Positions 36,302-46,470 of a DNA stretch of 64,000 nucleotides are shown piece after piece. A program made the translations under genes and the position numbers. Location: positions 1,260,419-1,324,418 of the forward strand of contig CAWAXG010000013.1 in assembly GCA_963785755.1 (NCBI GenBank), given 5' to 3'. The notes beneath the pieces are model-generated. The model made no database searches, was not told the origin of the DNA, and saw only the letters and a list, made by a program, of their open reading frames with translations. Position 1 is the stretch's first letter, and each line of letters begins with the position of its first letter. Source of the DNA: an uncultured Acidobacteriota bacterium. Its GTDB lineage: Bacteria; Acidobacteriota; Vicinamibacteria; Vicinamibacterales; 2-12-FULL-66-21.

Positions 36302-36357
36302 GGGGTCGGATCTTGTATTTCAACATTCCAATAATGTTGAAATGCACGACCTGACCC
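36302..36357. repeat. Family-C hairpin (short-loop version), terminator-like
   Basis: ggggtcggatcttgtatttcaacat / atgttgaaatgcacgacctgaccc with a 7-nt centre. It lies 68 bp downstream of the ADOP permease stop on the - strand. Confidence 0.75.
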
Positions 36358-36424
36358 TCTCAATCGGACCCGCTCATCCGTAGAGGAGAATCGCCGTCCG
36401 ATGTCCCTGTCGCCCGGCCAATCT

Positions 36425-38866
36425 TCAGGTCAGCATCGCGACACTCGGATCCACGCGAGAAGCGCGGCGCACCGGCAGCCAGGACGCGAGCACGCCGGTC
36501 GCCATGAGCAGAAGCGCAGTCCCGAGCAGGATCCGCAAGTCCCACGGACTGGTCTGGAACACCATCGACGAGAGCCAGCGTCCGAGCACGAGCGCGCCGG
36601 CGGCGCCGAGGACGACGCCGGTCGCGAGGAGCACGATGGCCTGGCGCAGCACGAGCGCGCGGATCTGACCGGGCGTCGCGCCGAGCGCGATCCGGAGGCC
36701 GATTTCCGGCGTGCGCTGGCGCACGGTGTAGGCCAATACGCCATACAGTCCGACAGCGGCGAGCGTCATCGAGACGGCGGCGAACGCCAGCATCAGGACG
36801 AGCGCGAAGCGCTCGCGACTGACTCCCCGGCCGACGGCCTCGGCCATGGGCATCGCGCGGTGGACGACGAGCTCGGGATCCAGTGCCGCGACCTCGGCGC
36901 GCACCTCCGCGAGAATGCGGTCCGGCGGACGCTCGGCGGCCACGACCTGCGTGAGCGCCCAGTTCCGATCGTTCGCGAACTGGCGATGCGCGTGATAGAC
37001 GACGAGCGTCGGCGCGCCGTGCGGATCGAGGGTGACGTCGCCGACTACACCGATGATCTCGAGCTCCCTGCCGCCCGCCGCAACGCGCTGGCCCATGACA
37101 CGGTCGAACGCGATACCCGGAAACGCCGCCCGAGCGAAGTTCGCGCTCACGACCGCGCGAGCTTGGACGCCCGCACCGTCCCGCTCGTCGAACGTGCGGC
37201 CCGCGAGCACCGGAACGTCGAGCGCGGCGAACACCTCTCCGGAGACGACGCGCTGCTGGATGTTGAACCCGTTGCGGCGGCTCACCGACGTTCCCGCGCG
37301 TGGGCCGCTGCGGATGGACGTATTCCACGAGTGATAGCTGCCGGTCGCAGGGAGGTACGAGATTCCACCTGCGGCGGTCACGCCGGGGATCGTCTCCAGC
37401 CTGCGCGCGAGCGCCTCCTGAAAGACGGCGCGGCGCGCGGCATCGTACCGGACCGTCGGCAGGGTGACGTCGAAGGTCAGCACGCGATCCACGCGGAATC
37501 CGAGATCCACCTGGTGCAGGCGGTAGAAGCTCGAGAGGAGTACGCCCGCGCCTGCCAGCAGCATCATCGCGCCCGCGAGCTGCGCGGCCGCCAGCGCCCC
37601 GCGGAGCCGGCCCTGGCCGCGTGACGCGGTTGTCGAGCGGGACTGCTGGCGAAGCGCGTCGACGGCCGGGATCCGGGCAAAACGCAGCGCCGGCCCGACT
37701 CCGAACGCGATCGCGGTGGCCACCGTGATCAGCGTCGCGAAGCCCAGAACCACTACGTCGAACCCGACCTCGTCGACGCGCGGCACCGCGTCGCGGCCAA
37801 GGCGCTGGAGCACCTTGACGCCAACGCTCGCGAGTCCAAGGCCGAGGAGTCCCCCGAGTCCCGCGAAGACCAGGCTTTCGACGAGCAGCTGACGAACGAG
37901 CCGTCGGCTGCCGCAGCCCAGTGCGGCTCGCATCGCGAATTCATGCACACGTCCGGTCGCGCGGGTCAGCGCGAGGTTCGCCACGTTCACGCAGGCAACC
38001 AGAAGGACGAGGACGACCGCGGCGAGCAGCAGCCGCAGCGGAGCGCGCGCGGCCGCCACCAGATCCTGCTGCAACGAAACCGCAGCGACCGCGCTCAGAC
38101 GCGCAGCCGGAAAGCGCTCCTTCATCGATTGGCTGATGCCCGAGAGCTCGGCGCGCGCCTGTTCGAGGCCGACGCCCGATCGCAGCCGGCCGACTGCGCT
38201 CAACGAGTTGTTCTCCTCGTTCGTGTCCTCCGCGAGGTCGTACGGGAGCCAGGCGTCCGCCGCGCCGGCGATCGGATCTTCGAAGTCATCGGGCGCAATC
38301 CCAACGACTTCGTACGGCTCGCCGCTCAGCCGGAGCGTCGAGCCAATCACCGAAGGATCGTTGCCGAAGCGCGTGCGCCACAACCCGCCGCTCAACACGA
38401 CGCGACGTGTACCGGCCTCGTCACCTCGCTCGAATCCCGGGCCGCGCAGTGCCCCCGATCGCAGCGTCTGGAAGTAGTCGCTCGTGACCTCCAGCACGCG
38501 AAGCCGCTGCGCCTGACCGTCCTTGAAGAGGTCACGCCCACTCTCGGAGTAGTTGTGGACCGCGGCGACGGACTCGAACGATGTGGCCGAGTCGCGAAGC
38601 CACCTGAAGTGCGTGCCGGTCAGGTAATGACGCGTCTCCGGCTTGTCGGGCTCCTGCTGATAGAAGCGAACGAGCTGGCCAGGCTGCGCGAAGGGGAGCG
38701 GCGCCAGCAGAACCCCCGCCGTCACGCTGAACACCGCGGTCGTTCCGCCGATCCCGAGCGCGAGCGTCAGGACGACGACGGCCGAGAATCCGGGACTGCG
38801 TCCGAGCTGCCGCAACGCGTAGCGGAGATCCTGGGTCAGGCCGTCAATCCAGGCGATGCCGTTCAT
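36425..38866 (-). CDS. ADOP-type duplicated MacB/FtsX-like permease, copy 1
   Basis: 813-aa ORF MNGIAWIDGLTQDLRYALRQLGRSPGFSAVVVLTLALGIGGTTAVFSV with two FtsX-type 4-TM modules. The homologous frame continues upstream to 39076 but contains TAA at 38957-38959. Confidence 0.85.
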   Translation of the reverse strand: MNGIAWIDGLTQDLRYALRQLGRSPGFSAVVVLTLALGIGGTTAVFSVTAGVLLAPLPFAQPGQLVRFYQQEPDKPETRHYLTGTHFRWLRDSATSFESVAAVHNYSESGRDLFKDGQAQRLRVLEVTSDYFQTLRSGALRGPGFERGDEAGTRRVVLSGGLWRTRFGNDPSVIGSTLRLSGEPYEVVGIAPDDFEDPIAGAADAWLPYDLAEDTNEENNSLSAVGRLRSGVGLEQARAELSGISQSMKERFPAARLSAVAAVSLQQDLVAAARAPLRLLLAAVVLVLLVACVNVANLALTRATGRVHEFAMRAALGCGSRRLVRQLLVESLVFAGLGGLLGLGLASVGVKVLQRLGRDAVPRVDEVGFDVVVLGFATLITVATAIAFGVGPALRFARIPAVDALRQQSRSTTASRGQGRLRGALAAAQLAGAMMLLAGAGVLLSSFYRLHQVDLGFRVDRVLTFDVTLPTVRYDAARRAVFQEALARRLETIPGVTAAGGISYLPATGSYHSWNTSIRSGPRAGTSVSRRNGFNIQQRVVSGEVFAALDVPVLAGRTFDERDGAGVQARAVVSANFARAAFPGIAFDRVMGQRVAAGGRELEIIGVVGDVTLDPHGAPTLVVYHAHRQFANDRNWALTQVVAAERPPDRILAEVRAEVAALDPELVVHRAMPMAEAVGRGVSRERFALVLMLAFAAVSMTLAAVGLYGVLAYTVRQRTPEIGLRIALGATPGQIRALVLRQAIVLLATGVVLGAAGALVLGRWLSSMVFQTSPWDLRILLGTALLLMATGVLASWLPVRRASRVDPSVAMLT

Positions 38867-39075
38867 CTGATAGATGTCCTCAGTGACCAGCGTGACGTTG
38901 CCCAGCTGGCGGCGCGCGGCGGCGCGCGCCTCCTCGACCGACAGGCCGCTTCGAACTTACCGATCCACGAGCAGCTCGATATGCGTCTCGAGCTCACGGC
39001 TCGACTCTTCGGCCAGCCAGCGGCGCGACCACGTAAAACCCAGTCGTGAGCACCACGCCGCGAGCCTGGCCCACA

Positions 39076-39435
39076 TCAGCGCGGCTCGGCCGTCCGGAGG
39101 AGGCGCGCCATCACCCCGGCGATGCGCTCCCAGGTCTGGGTCTGCTTCGCGAGCTGGCGCCGGCCGGCCTTCGTGATCGCGTAGAACTTGGCCTTGCGAT
39201 TGTTTTCGGACGCGCCCCAGCTCGCCACGATCCAGCGCTGATGCTGCAGCCGCATCAGCGAGGCGTAGACCGTGCCCTCGTTGAGCCGCAGCAGGTCGTC
39301 GCTGATCTGCTCGATGCGCCGCGCGATGCCATAGCCATGCAGCGGTCCCAGGCTGTCGAGCGTCTGCAGCACCATCAGATCGAGGGTGCCCTGGAGCACG
39401 TCCACTTTCGAACCGCCGGATCGTCCTTTCAGCAA
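39076..39435 (-). CDS. PadR-family transcriptional regulator
   Basis: LQGTLDLMVLQTLDSLGPLHGYGIARRIEQISDDLLRLNEGTVYASLMRLQHQRWI...KFYAITKAGR. Confidence 0.9.
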   Translation of the reverse strand: MLKGRSGGSKVDVLQGTLDLMVLQTLDSLGPLHGYGIARRIEQISDDLLRLNEGTVYASLMRLQHQRWIVASWGASENNRKAKFYAITKAGRRQLAKQTQTWERIAGVMARLLRTAEPR

Positions 39436-39442
39436 CGTCGTG

Positions 39443-42124
39443 TCAGCCTTCCTGGATGACGAATCTCGGTTCCATGCGCGAGGCGCGCCGCGCCGGCAGC
39501 CACGCCGACACGAGGCCGGTCAGCACGAGCAGCGATGCGGTAGCCAGGAGGATGCGCGGATCGGACGGATGTATCTCGAACACGATCGACGACAACCAGC
39601 GTCCGAGGATGAGGGCGCCGGACAGTCCGGCCACGAGACCGGCGACGAGCACGAGTGCCGCCTGCCGCAGGACCAGCGCCCGCACCTGAGACGAGGTCGC
39701 GCCGAGCGCGATCCGGATCGCGATCTCCTTCGTCCGCTGGCGGACCGTGTAGCTCAGTACACCGTAAAGACCGATCGCTGCGAGCGTCAGCGACACCGCC
39801 GCGAACGTTCCCATCAGCACGAGCGCGAAGCGCTCGCGGCTGGCCCCACGCCCGACGATCTCGGTCATCGGTGCGGCCTGGTAAACGACCAGCTCCGGAT
39901 CCAGGCCGGCGACCTCGCGGCTGATGGCACCGAGCACACCATCCGGCGGCAGATCCGTCGCCACGACCTGTGTCAGCGCCCAGTTGCGGTTGCCGGCGAA
40001 CTGCCGGTGGGACGAGTAGATTGAGGCCGCCGGCCTGCCGTAGACGTCGAGCGTGACATCGCCCACGACGCCGATGATCTCCCGCTTGTAGCGGCCGAAC
40101 ACCGTGAACCGCTGTCCGACGACCTGATCGAGCGGCAAGCCTGGAAATGCCAGACGCGCGAAGCCCGCGCTGACCACCGCTCGCCCCGGCGCGCTGCCAT
40201 CGTCCCGGTCATCGAAGACGCGGCCGGCGAGTACGGGAATGCCGAGCGCGGTGAAGAAGCGGCCGCTGACGGTGCGTTGCTCCGGCTGTTCCGGCTGTTT
40301 GACCGACGTCCCGGCAAGCGGCCCGGTTTCGATCGCGACCGGCCAGGTCTGATAGCTCCCGATCGCTGGAAGCCGGGACGTCCCGCCCGCCGCGACGACG
40401 CCAGGAAGCCTTTCGATCCGGCGTGACAGCTCCTCATGAAAGTCGGCCCGTCGCGTGGCGTCGTAGCGGACGCCAGGAAGATTGACGCCGAACGTGAGCA
40501 CGCGGTCGACCTGGAATCCGAGGGGCACCTGACGCAGCCGGTGGAAGCTCGCGAGCAGCACGCCGGCGCCGACCAGCAGGGTGAGCGCGAGCGCGAGCTG
40601 CGCGGCGGCCAGGCTGCTGCGCAGCCGTCCTTCCCTGCGCCCGCCAGTGGTGGACCGCGAGTGTTGGTTGAGGGTGCGATTGGGATGGGTCCGGGCGAGC
40701 CGCAGCGCCGGCGCCACGCCGAAGGCGAGCGCGGTGGAGACGGTGACGAGCGCGGCAAACCCCAGGACGGTCGCATCGAGTCCGACTTCGCCGATCCTCG
40801 GAATCGCGTCACGGCCGAACGTCTTCAGCAGCGCAACGCCGAGCTCCGCGATCGCGAGCCCGGCCAGCCCGCCGAGCCCGGCCAGCACCAGGCTCTCGAC
40901 GAGAAGCTGGCGCGCGAGCCGGCCGACACCGGAGCCGAGCGCCGCGCGAACCGCGAACTCGTGGACCCGGCCGGTCGCGCGGACGAGAACGAGATTGGCG
41001 ACATTCACGCACGCAACCAGAAGCACGAGGCCCACGGCAATCAACAGGAGCTGAAGCACGCCGCGCGATGTGCCGACCAGATCCTCCCGCAGCGGCACCA
41101 TCACGATGCTGCTGGCCCTGACGTCCGGAAAGCGTTCCTTCAACGACTGGCTGATGATCGCGAGCTCCGCGCCGGCCTGGCTGACGGTAATCCCGGTCCG
41201 GAGCCGGCCAACGATCGTCAGGGAATAGTTCTGCTCGAAGGTGTCGCTCGCGAGGTTGTACGGAATCCAGGCATCCACCGCGCCCACGATCGGGTCCTCG
41301 AGGTTGGCCGGCGCGACGCCGGCGACCTCGTAGGGCTCGGCGCTCAAGTGAATCGTCGTGCCGATGACCGATGGATCGCCGTTGAATCTGCTCCGCCACA
41401 CCGCATCGCTCAGGACGATGCGGCGCGTACCGCGCTCGTCCTCCAGCCCGAACCCCGGACCTGACGGCTCCGCCCTCAGCGTCCGAAAGTAGTCGCTCGC
41501 GACCTGCAGGACGCGAAGGCGCTGCGCCTGACGATCCCTGAAGAGATCCAGTCCCACGTCGGTGCGGGTGTTGAGCGCGGTGACATCCGTGAACGAGGCG
41601 GCATGGTCTCGAAGCGTCGTGAAATGCGGACCGGACACGCCAGACCGGCGGGTGGCCGGCTTGTCCGGCTCCTGCTGGTAGATGCGCACGAGCCGACCGG
41701 GCTCCTGATACGGAAGCGGCGCCAGCAGGACCGCCTGGACGACGCTGAACACCGCGGTCGTTCCGCCGATGCCCAGGGCGAGCGTGATGACGACGACCGC
41801 GGAGAAGCCGGGACTGCGCCGGAACTGTCGAAGCGCGTAGCGCGTGTCCTGCCCGGCCGCCTCGATCCACCTGATGCTGTTCATCCGGTGGATCTCCTCG
41901 GCGACGAGGGTGACGTTTCCCAGCTGCCGCCGTGCCGCGGCGCGCGCGTCCTCTACCGTCATGCCGGCGCGGACGTATCGGTCAACCAGCAGCTCGTAGT
42001 GGGCGTCGAGCTCGGATCGGGACTCATCCGCCAGGCGCGCGCGAGCGCGGACAAACCCGAGCCGCCAGACCCGGGACACCACGTTCGCCCAGACACCCCG
42101 CGCGTCGCCGTATCCTTTGGCCAC
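39443..42124 (-). CDS. ADOP-type duplicated MacB/FtsX-like permease, copy 2, with N-terminal cytoplasmic extension
   Basis: 893-aa ORF. The extension ...ELDAHYELLVDRYVRAGMTVEDARAAARRQLGNVTLVAEEI is followed by DTRYALRQFRRSPGFSAVVVITLALGIGG. GTG start. Confidence 0.88.
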   Translation of the reverse strand: MAKGYGDARGVWANVVSRVWRLGFVRARARLADESRSELDAHYELLVDRYVRAGMTVEDARAAARRQLGNVTLVAEEIHRMNSIRWIEAAGQDTRYALRQFRRSPGFSAVVVITLALGIGGTTAVFSVVQAVLLAPLPYQEPGRLVRIYQQEPDKPATRRSGVSGPHFTTLRDHAASFTDVTALNTRTDVGLDLFRDRQAQRLRVLQVASDYFRTLRAEPSGPGFGLEDERGTRRIVLSDAVWRSRFNGDPSVIGTTIHLSAEPYEVAGVAPANLEDPIVGAVDAWIPYNLASDTFEQNYSLTIVGRLRTGITVSQAGAELAIISQSLKERFPDVRASSIVMVPLREDLVGTSRGVLQLLLIAVGLVLLVACVNVANLVLVRATGRVHEFAVRAALGSGVGRLARQLLVESLVLAGLGGLAGLAIAELGVALLKTFGRDAIPRIGEVGLDATVLGFAALVTVSTALAFGVAPALRLARTHPNRTLNQHSRSTTGGRREGRLRSSLAAAQLALALTLLVGAGVLLASFHRLRQVPLGFQVDRVLTFGVNLPGVRYDATRRADFHEELSRRIERLPGVVAAGGTSRLPAIGSYQTWPVAIETGPLAGTSVKQPEQPEQRTVSGRFFTALGIPVLAGRVFDDRDDGSAPGRAVVSAGFARLAFPGLPLDQVVGQRFTVFGRYKREIIGVVGDVTLDVYGRPAASIYSSHRQFAGNRNWALTQVVATDLPPDGVLGAISREVAGLDPELVVYQAAPMTEIVGRGASRERFALVLMGTFAAVSLTLAAIGLYGVLSYTVRQRTKEIAIRIALGATSSQVRALVLRQAALVLVAGLVAGLSGALILGRWLSSIVFEIHPSDPRILLATASLLVLTGLVSAWLPARRASRMEPRFVIQEG

Positions 42125-42156
42125 ACCAAAGGAGTACTACTCGAGTCGATGGGAGT

Positions 42157-42227
42157 CAAGTCGCAAGTAAACAAGGAACAAGTGACAACGTCGACGTTCC
42201 CACTTGCCCCTTGCAACTTGCCACTTG
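42157..42227. repeat. Family-A-like imperfect hairpin (caagtcgcaagtaaacaaggaacaagtg ... cacttgccccttgcaacttgccacttg)
   Basis: It shares the cttgccccttgc / ccacttg words with 59641-59660. It lies in the intergenic region between the molybdoenzyme stop and the ADOP copy 2 start. Confidence 0.55.
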
Positions 42228-42235
42228 ATATTGCG

Positions 42236-44309
42236 TCAGCGCTGGACCGGAACCACCTCGACGAACGCATCGTAGAGCCCGCTTCCCCCGCCCCAGTCGG
42301 TCGGCTCCTCGAGGGTGAGGACGTTGACCGAACGGCGCTGGCCGTCCGCGTCCGTATATCCGCCGAATGGCATCCAGGCGACGCCGGGGCGGACGCGGTC
42401 GGAGATGCGGCACACGGCACGTACCTCGCCGGAGCCGTTCCTGATCGACACACGCTCGCCGCTCGCAATTCCGCGCCGCTCGGCGTCCGCAGGATGGATT
42501 TCGATGAACAGCTCGCCGGCGCGGCGGCGATGGCGGTCCATGTTGCTGTAGCCCGAGTTGAGGAAGTGCAGCTGCTTCCCGGTGATCAGCTGCAGACCCT
42601 CGCCGGCGGGAATATCGCCAGTCGAGGGAAGCGGGTCGTGCCCGGCCTCGCGCAATGACTCGGAGAAGAGCTCGGCTTTCCCGCTCGGCGTCGGGAACCC
42701 GCCGTTGGCGAACGGGCGCCAGTCTTCCGGGGGGTTCAGGCGGGCGTATCCCTCTTCCCACAAGCGCTCGTACGTGATCCCGTCGAGCCACGGGTGCCCG
42801 CTCGCCAGCGCCGCACGCAGCATGGACTCGTCGCTCTCGAACAGGTACGGCTCGCGGCGGCCGAGCGCCTGGGCGAGCCGTCGAAAGAGCTCGGTGTTGG
42901 AGACCGACTCGCCGCGCGGCGCGATCGCCGGGCGGTTCAAGGCGAGGTAGAGATGGCCCCATGCCGGCGACAGGTCCAGGTGCTCGATCTGGCTCGTCGC
43001 CGGCAGCACGTAGTCGGCGTACAGGGCGGTCTCGGTGACGAACAGTTCGTGCACAACCGTGAAGAGATCGTCACGCAGGAGACCTTCACGGATACGCGAC
43101 TGGTTCGGCATCGACACCATCGGATTGCTGCCGTACACGATGAGCGATCGGACGGCCGGCTGCAGGGTGCGGCTGCAGAGATCGCGGCCGAGATCGCGCA
43201 TGTTCAGTACGCGGACGCCCGGCTTGAACACCTCGGGCATCTCCACGCGGTCCATGGCCAGCGCCGCGAACTGGAGCGCGTGCGTGGATCGGGCCAGGCC
43301 GCCGCCGCGATGTCTCCAGGCGCCGGTCAACACCGGCAGGCAGCCGAGGGTTCGGAACTGCATCGCGCCGTTGCGATGGTGCTCGATCCCGATGAGCGGC
43401 CGCAGCAGCGAGGGCTGGGTCGTCGCGTACTCCCGGGCGAAACGCTCGATGTCGGCTGCCGGCAGGCCCACGATTTCCTCGACACGCGCCGGAATGAACT
43501 GCTGCGCGCGCTCCGCCAGCGCCTCGTAACCGACGGCGTGCCGTGAGACGTAGTCGTGGTCCACGAGTCCATCGCGAATGATGACGTGCATCATCGCGAG
43601 CGCCAGCGCCGCATCCGAGCCCGGCTTGATCTGGATGTGCCAGTCGGCGGCTTCCGCGGTCCGCGTCCGGACCGGATCCACGACGACGATCCTGGCGCCG
43701 CGCCGCTGCGCCTCGCGCACGAGCGGCCAGTAGTGAAGGTTCGTGACGATCGTGTTCGTCCCCCACAGCACGACGAACCGGCTGTGGACGATCTCCTCCG
43801 GGTCGATGCCGGTGCCCGTGCCGATCGTGGAGGTGAGGCCCGCGGACGCCACGCCGCCGCAGATTTTGCGCTCGAGTCCCGTGCACCCCATCGAGCCGAA
43901 CAGCCGCCGGTCGAGCGACGCCGTCTGAATCAGCCCCTGAGTGCCGGCGGAACTGTAGGGCAGGATGGCTTCAGCACCGGACTCCTGCACGATCGCCTGC
44001 CAGCGTGACGCGATGTCGATCAGCGCCTCGTCCCAACTCACGCGGACGAATCGTCCTTCGCCCTTGCGGCCGGCGCGCTTGAGCGGATGCAGGACGCGGT
44101 CGGGATGGTAGACGCGCTCGAGGTAGTGATTCACCTTGGCGCAGAGCGTGCCGCGGGTGAACGGATGCGCGGGATCACCCGAGAGCGTCTCGGCAGTGCC
44201 ATCACGGACCTCAACGACCCAGGCACACGTATCCGGACAGTCGTGCCCGCAGGCGCCGCGAACGATCTGGGTCGGTCCGTCCGCTCTGAGGTTCCTTGGG
44301 CGTCTTCAT
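42236..44309 (-). pseudogene. Molybdopterin (bis-MGD) oxidoreductase with N-terminal 4Fe-4S motif; +1 frameshift after about codon 14
   Basis: ATG at 44307-44309 with ggagg upstream gives MKTPKEPQSGRTDP. The conserved QIVRGACGHDCPDTCAWVVEVRDGTAETLSGDPAHPFTRGTLCAKVNHYLERVY is one base out of frame and has no start codon of its own. The junction is at about 44265-44280. Confidence 0.8.
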
Positions 44310-44381
44310 GACCTCCGCTCACCCCGTGGAATGAAAGGTCGGAGCATAGCCCTAATCGGCCGACGACCGCGCTGCCGCGCT

Positions 44382-44468
44382 GCACGAAGACACGACGGCA
44401 CGACGGCACGACGTTCGTAGAGCTTCCAACAGATCCTTCGTGCCCTTCGTGACGTCGTGCCTTCGTGC
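44382..44468. repeat. Imperfect hairpin built from cacgacgg / cgtgcc words
   Basis: Left arm gcacgaagacacgacggcacgacggcacgacg. Right arm cgtgcccttcgtgacgtcgtgccttcgtgc. Roughly 85 percent complementary by eye. Confidence 0.55.
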
Positions 44469-44549
44469 GGCGCGAAGCGCAATTCGTATTTTCTGAGCAG
44501 TTGGAGGTTGAGAGTTGCGAGTTTTCACTGGCTCGTTCTTGGCATCCTG

Positions 44550-45410
44550 CTACGTCACCTTGTAGCGCGCTTCTTCGGCGTAGTACTCCGGGAAGCCCAC
44601 CGCCTGCTTCAGCTGCTCGAAGTCCATCACCGTGGGCGGCCGTTCGCCTGCCTTCAGGCTGCGCAGCGCGCCCCGCATCGCCTGGATCGAGACGTTCAGC
44701 AGGGTCAACGGAAACACGGCGATCTTGTAGCCAATCGCCTCGAGCTGCGGTAATCCCAGGATCGGCGTCTTGCCGCCCTCGATCAGATTGGCCATCTTCG
44801 GACCGTCCACCTCCAGGCAGTAGCGTCTCATCTCGTCTTCGTCGAGCGGCGCCTCGAGAAAGGTGATGTCGGCGCCAGTCTCGCGGAACAGCCGGCAGCG
44901 CAGGATCGCCTCCTCCAGCGACACGCACGCCCGCGCATCGGTGCGCGCCATGATCAGAATGTCATCCCCTTCCCCGCGCGCGTCCACCGCGGCGCGCACC
45001 CGCATGAGCGCCTCGTCCCGACCCACGACCGCCTTGCCCTCGGTGTGCCCGCATCGCTTCGGCGCGACCTGATCCTCGAGCATGATCGCGGCAAAGCCCG
45101 CCGCCTGGTAGCCCTGGACGGTCCGCTTGATGTTCTGGGCGCTGCCGAAGCCGGTATCGCCGTCACCGATGAATGGAATGGATGCGGCGCGGCAGATGTT
45201 CTGCCCCTGATCGACGAGCTCCGCATAGGAGATCAGCCCCGTATCGGGCATTCCCAGTCTGGCGGCGGAGACGGCGAAGCCGCTCATGAAGCCAAGCTCG
45301 AACCCGGCCTCTTCGACGAGACGCGCAGACATCGCGTCATGACACCCGGGCATGAGCAGGATGCCCGGACGATTGAGCAGCGCCCGGAGCCTGGTGGCGG
45401 CAGTGGACAT
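44550..45410 (-). CDS. Isocitrate lyase/PEP mutase family enzyme (methylisocitrate lyase / carboxyvinyl-carboxyphosphonate phosphorylmutase-like)
   Basis: 286-aa ORF with PGCHDAMSARLVEEAGF, IGDGDTGFG, IMLEDQVAPKRCGH and IMARTDA. Confidence 0.88.
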   Translation of the reverse strand: MSTAATRLRALLNRPGILLMPGCHDAMSARLVEEAGFELGFMSGFAVSAARLGMPDTGLISYAELVDQGQNICRAASIPFIGDGDTGFGSAQNIKRTVQGYQAAGFAAIMLEDQVAPKRCGHTEGKAVVGRDEALMRVRAAVDARGEGDDILIMARTDARACVSLEEAILRCRLFRETGADITFLEAPLDEDEMRRYCLEVDGPKMANLIEGGKTPILGLPQLEAIGYKIAVFPLTLLNVSIQAMRGALRSLKAGERPPTVMDFEQLKQAVGFPEYYAEEARYKVT

Positions 45411-45505
45411 GCCGCGGATCTTATCGCGCCCGCTCGCGGCCGGCGCGAGCTGCTTCCGCGGCGCAGGGTTTGAGTTGGGTTGGTTTAGTTAGTCCGTGAA
45501 TGCGT

Positions 45506-45600
45506 CAACTTCCAACCTCCAACCTCCCCAACTCCCAAAGCACTGTCGGTCGATGGGCTCTGGGCTCCTTGGGAGTTGGAGGTTGGAAGTTGGGAGTTTT
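45506..45600. repeat. Family-B hairpin (CT/CA-rich arm aacttccaacctccaac...aactcccaaag, GT-rich arm cttgggagttggaggttggaagttgggag)
   Basis: Arms at 45506-45540 and 45568-45600. It lies immediately downstream of the aquaporin stop on the - strand. Confidence 0.75.
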
Positions 45601-45617
45601 CGCGGCGCATTGTCAGC

Positions 45618-46277
<660 letters not shown>

Positions 46278-46278
46278 T

Positions 46279-46306
46279 CACAAGTTGGACTTTGGTCCAA
46301 CTTGTG
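46279..46306. promoter_or_regulatory. Full 28-bp palindrome CACAAGTTGGAC-TTTG-GTCCAACTTGTG (candidate operator)
   Basis: Perfect 12-bp arms. It lies 35-62 bp upstream of the aquaporin ATG. Confidence 0.5.
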
Positions 46307-46318
46307 CCCGGCGCTATT

Positions 46319-46466
46319 AAAACTCCCAACCTCCAACTCCCAACTCCCAAAGTGAGCCGCTCGAAGCAGCTGGGTGAAAATCGTTGGCCACCGGCAATGC
46401 GTCCGACTTTCACCCCGTTATTCGACGGGCTCGCGTTTGGGAGTTGGAAGTTGGAAGTTGGAAATT
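46319..46466. repeat. Family-B hairpin, long-loop copy
   Basis: aaaactcccaacctccaactcccaactcccaaag (46319-46352) and tttgggagttggaagttggaagttggaaatt (46436-46466). It lies just downstream of the response-regulator stop at 46471. Confidence 0.75.
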
Positions 46467-46470
46467 GAAG

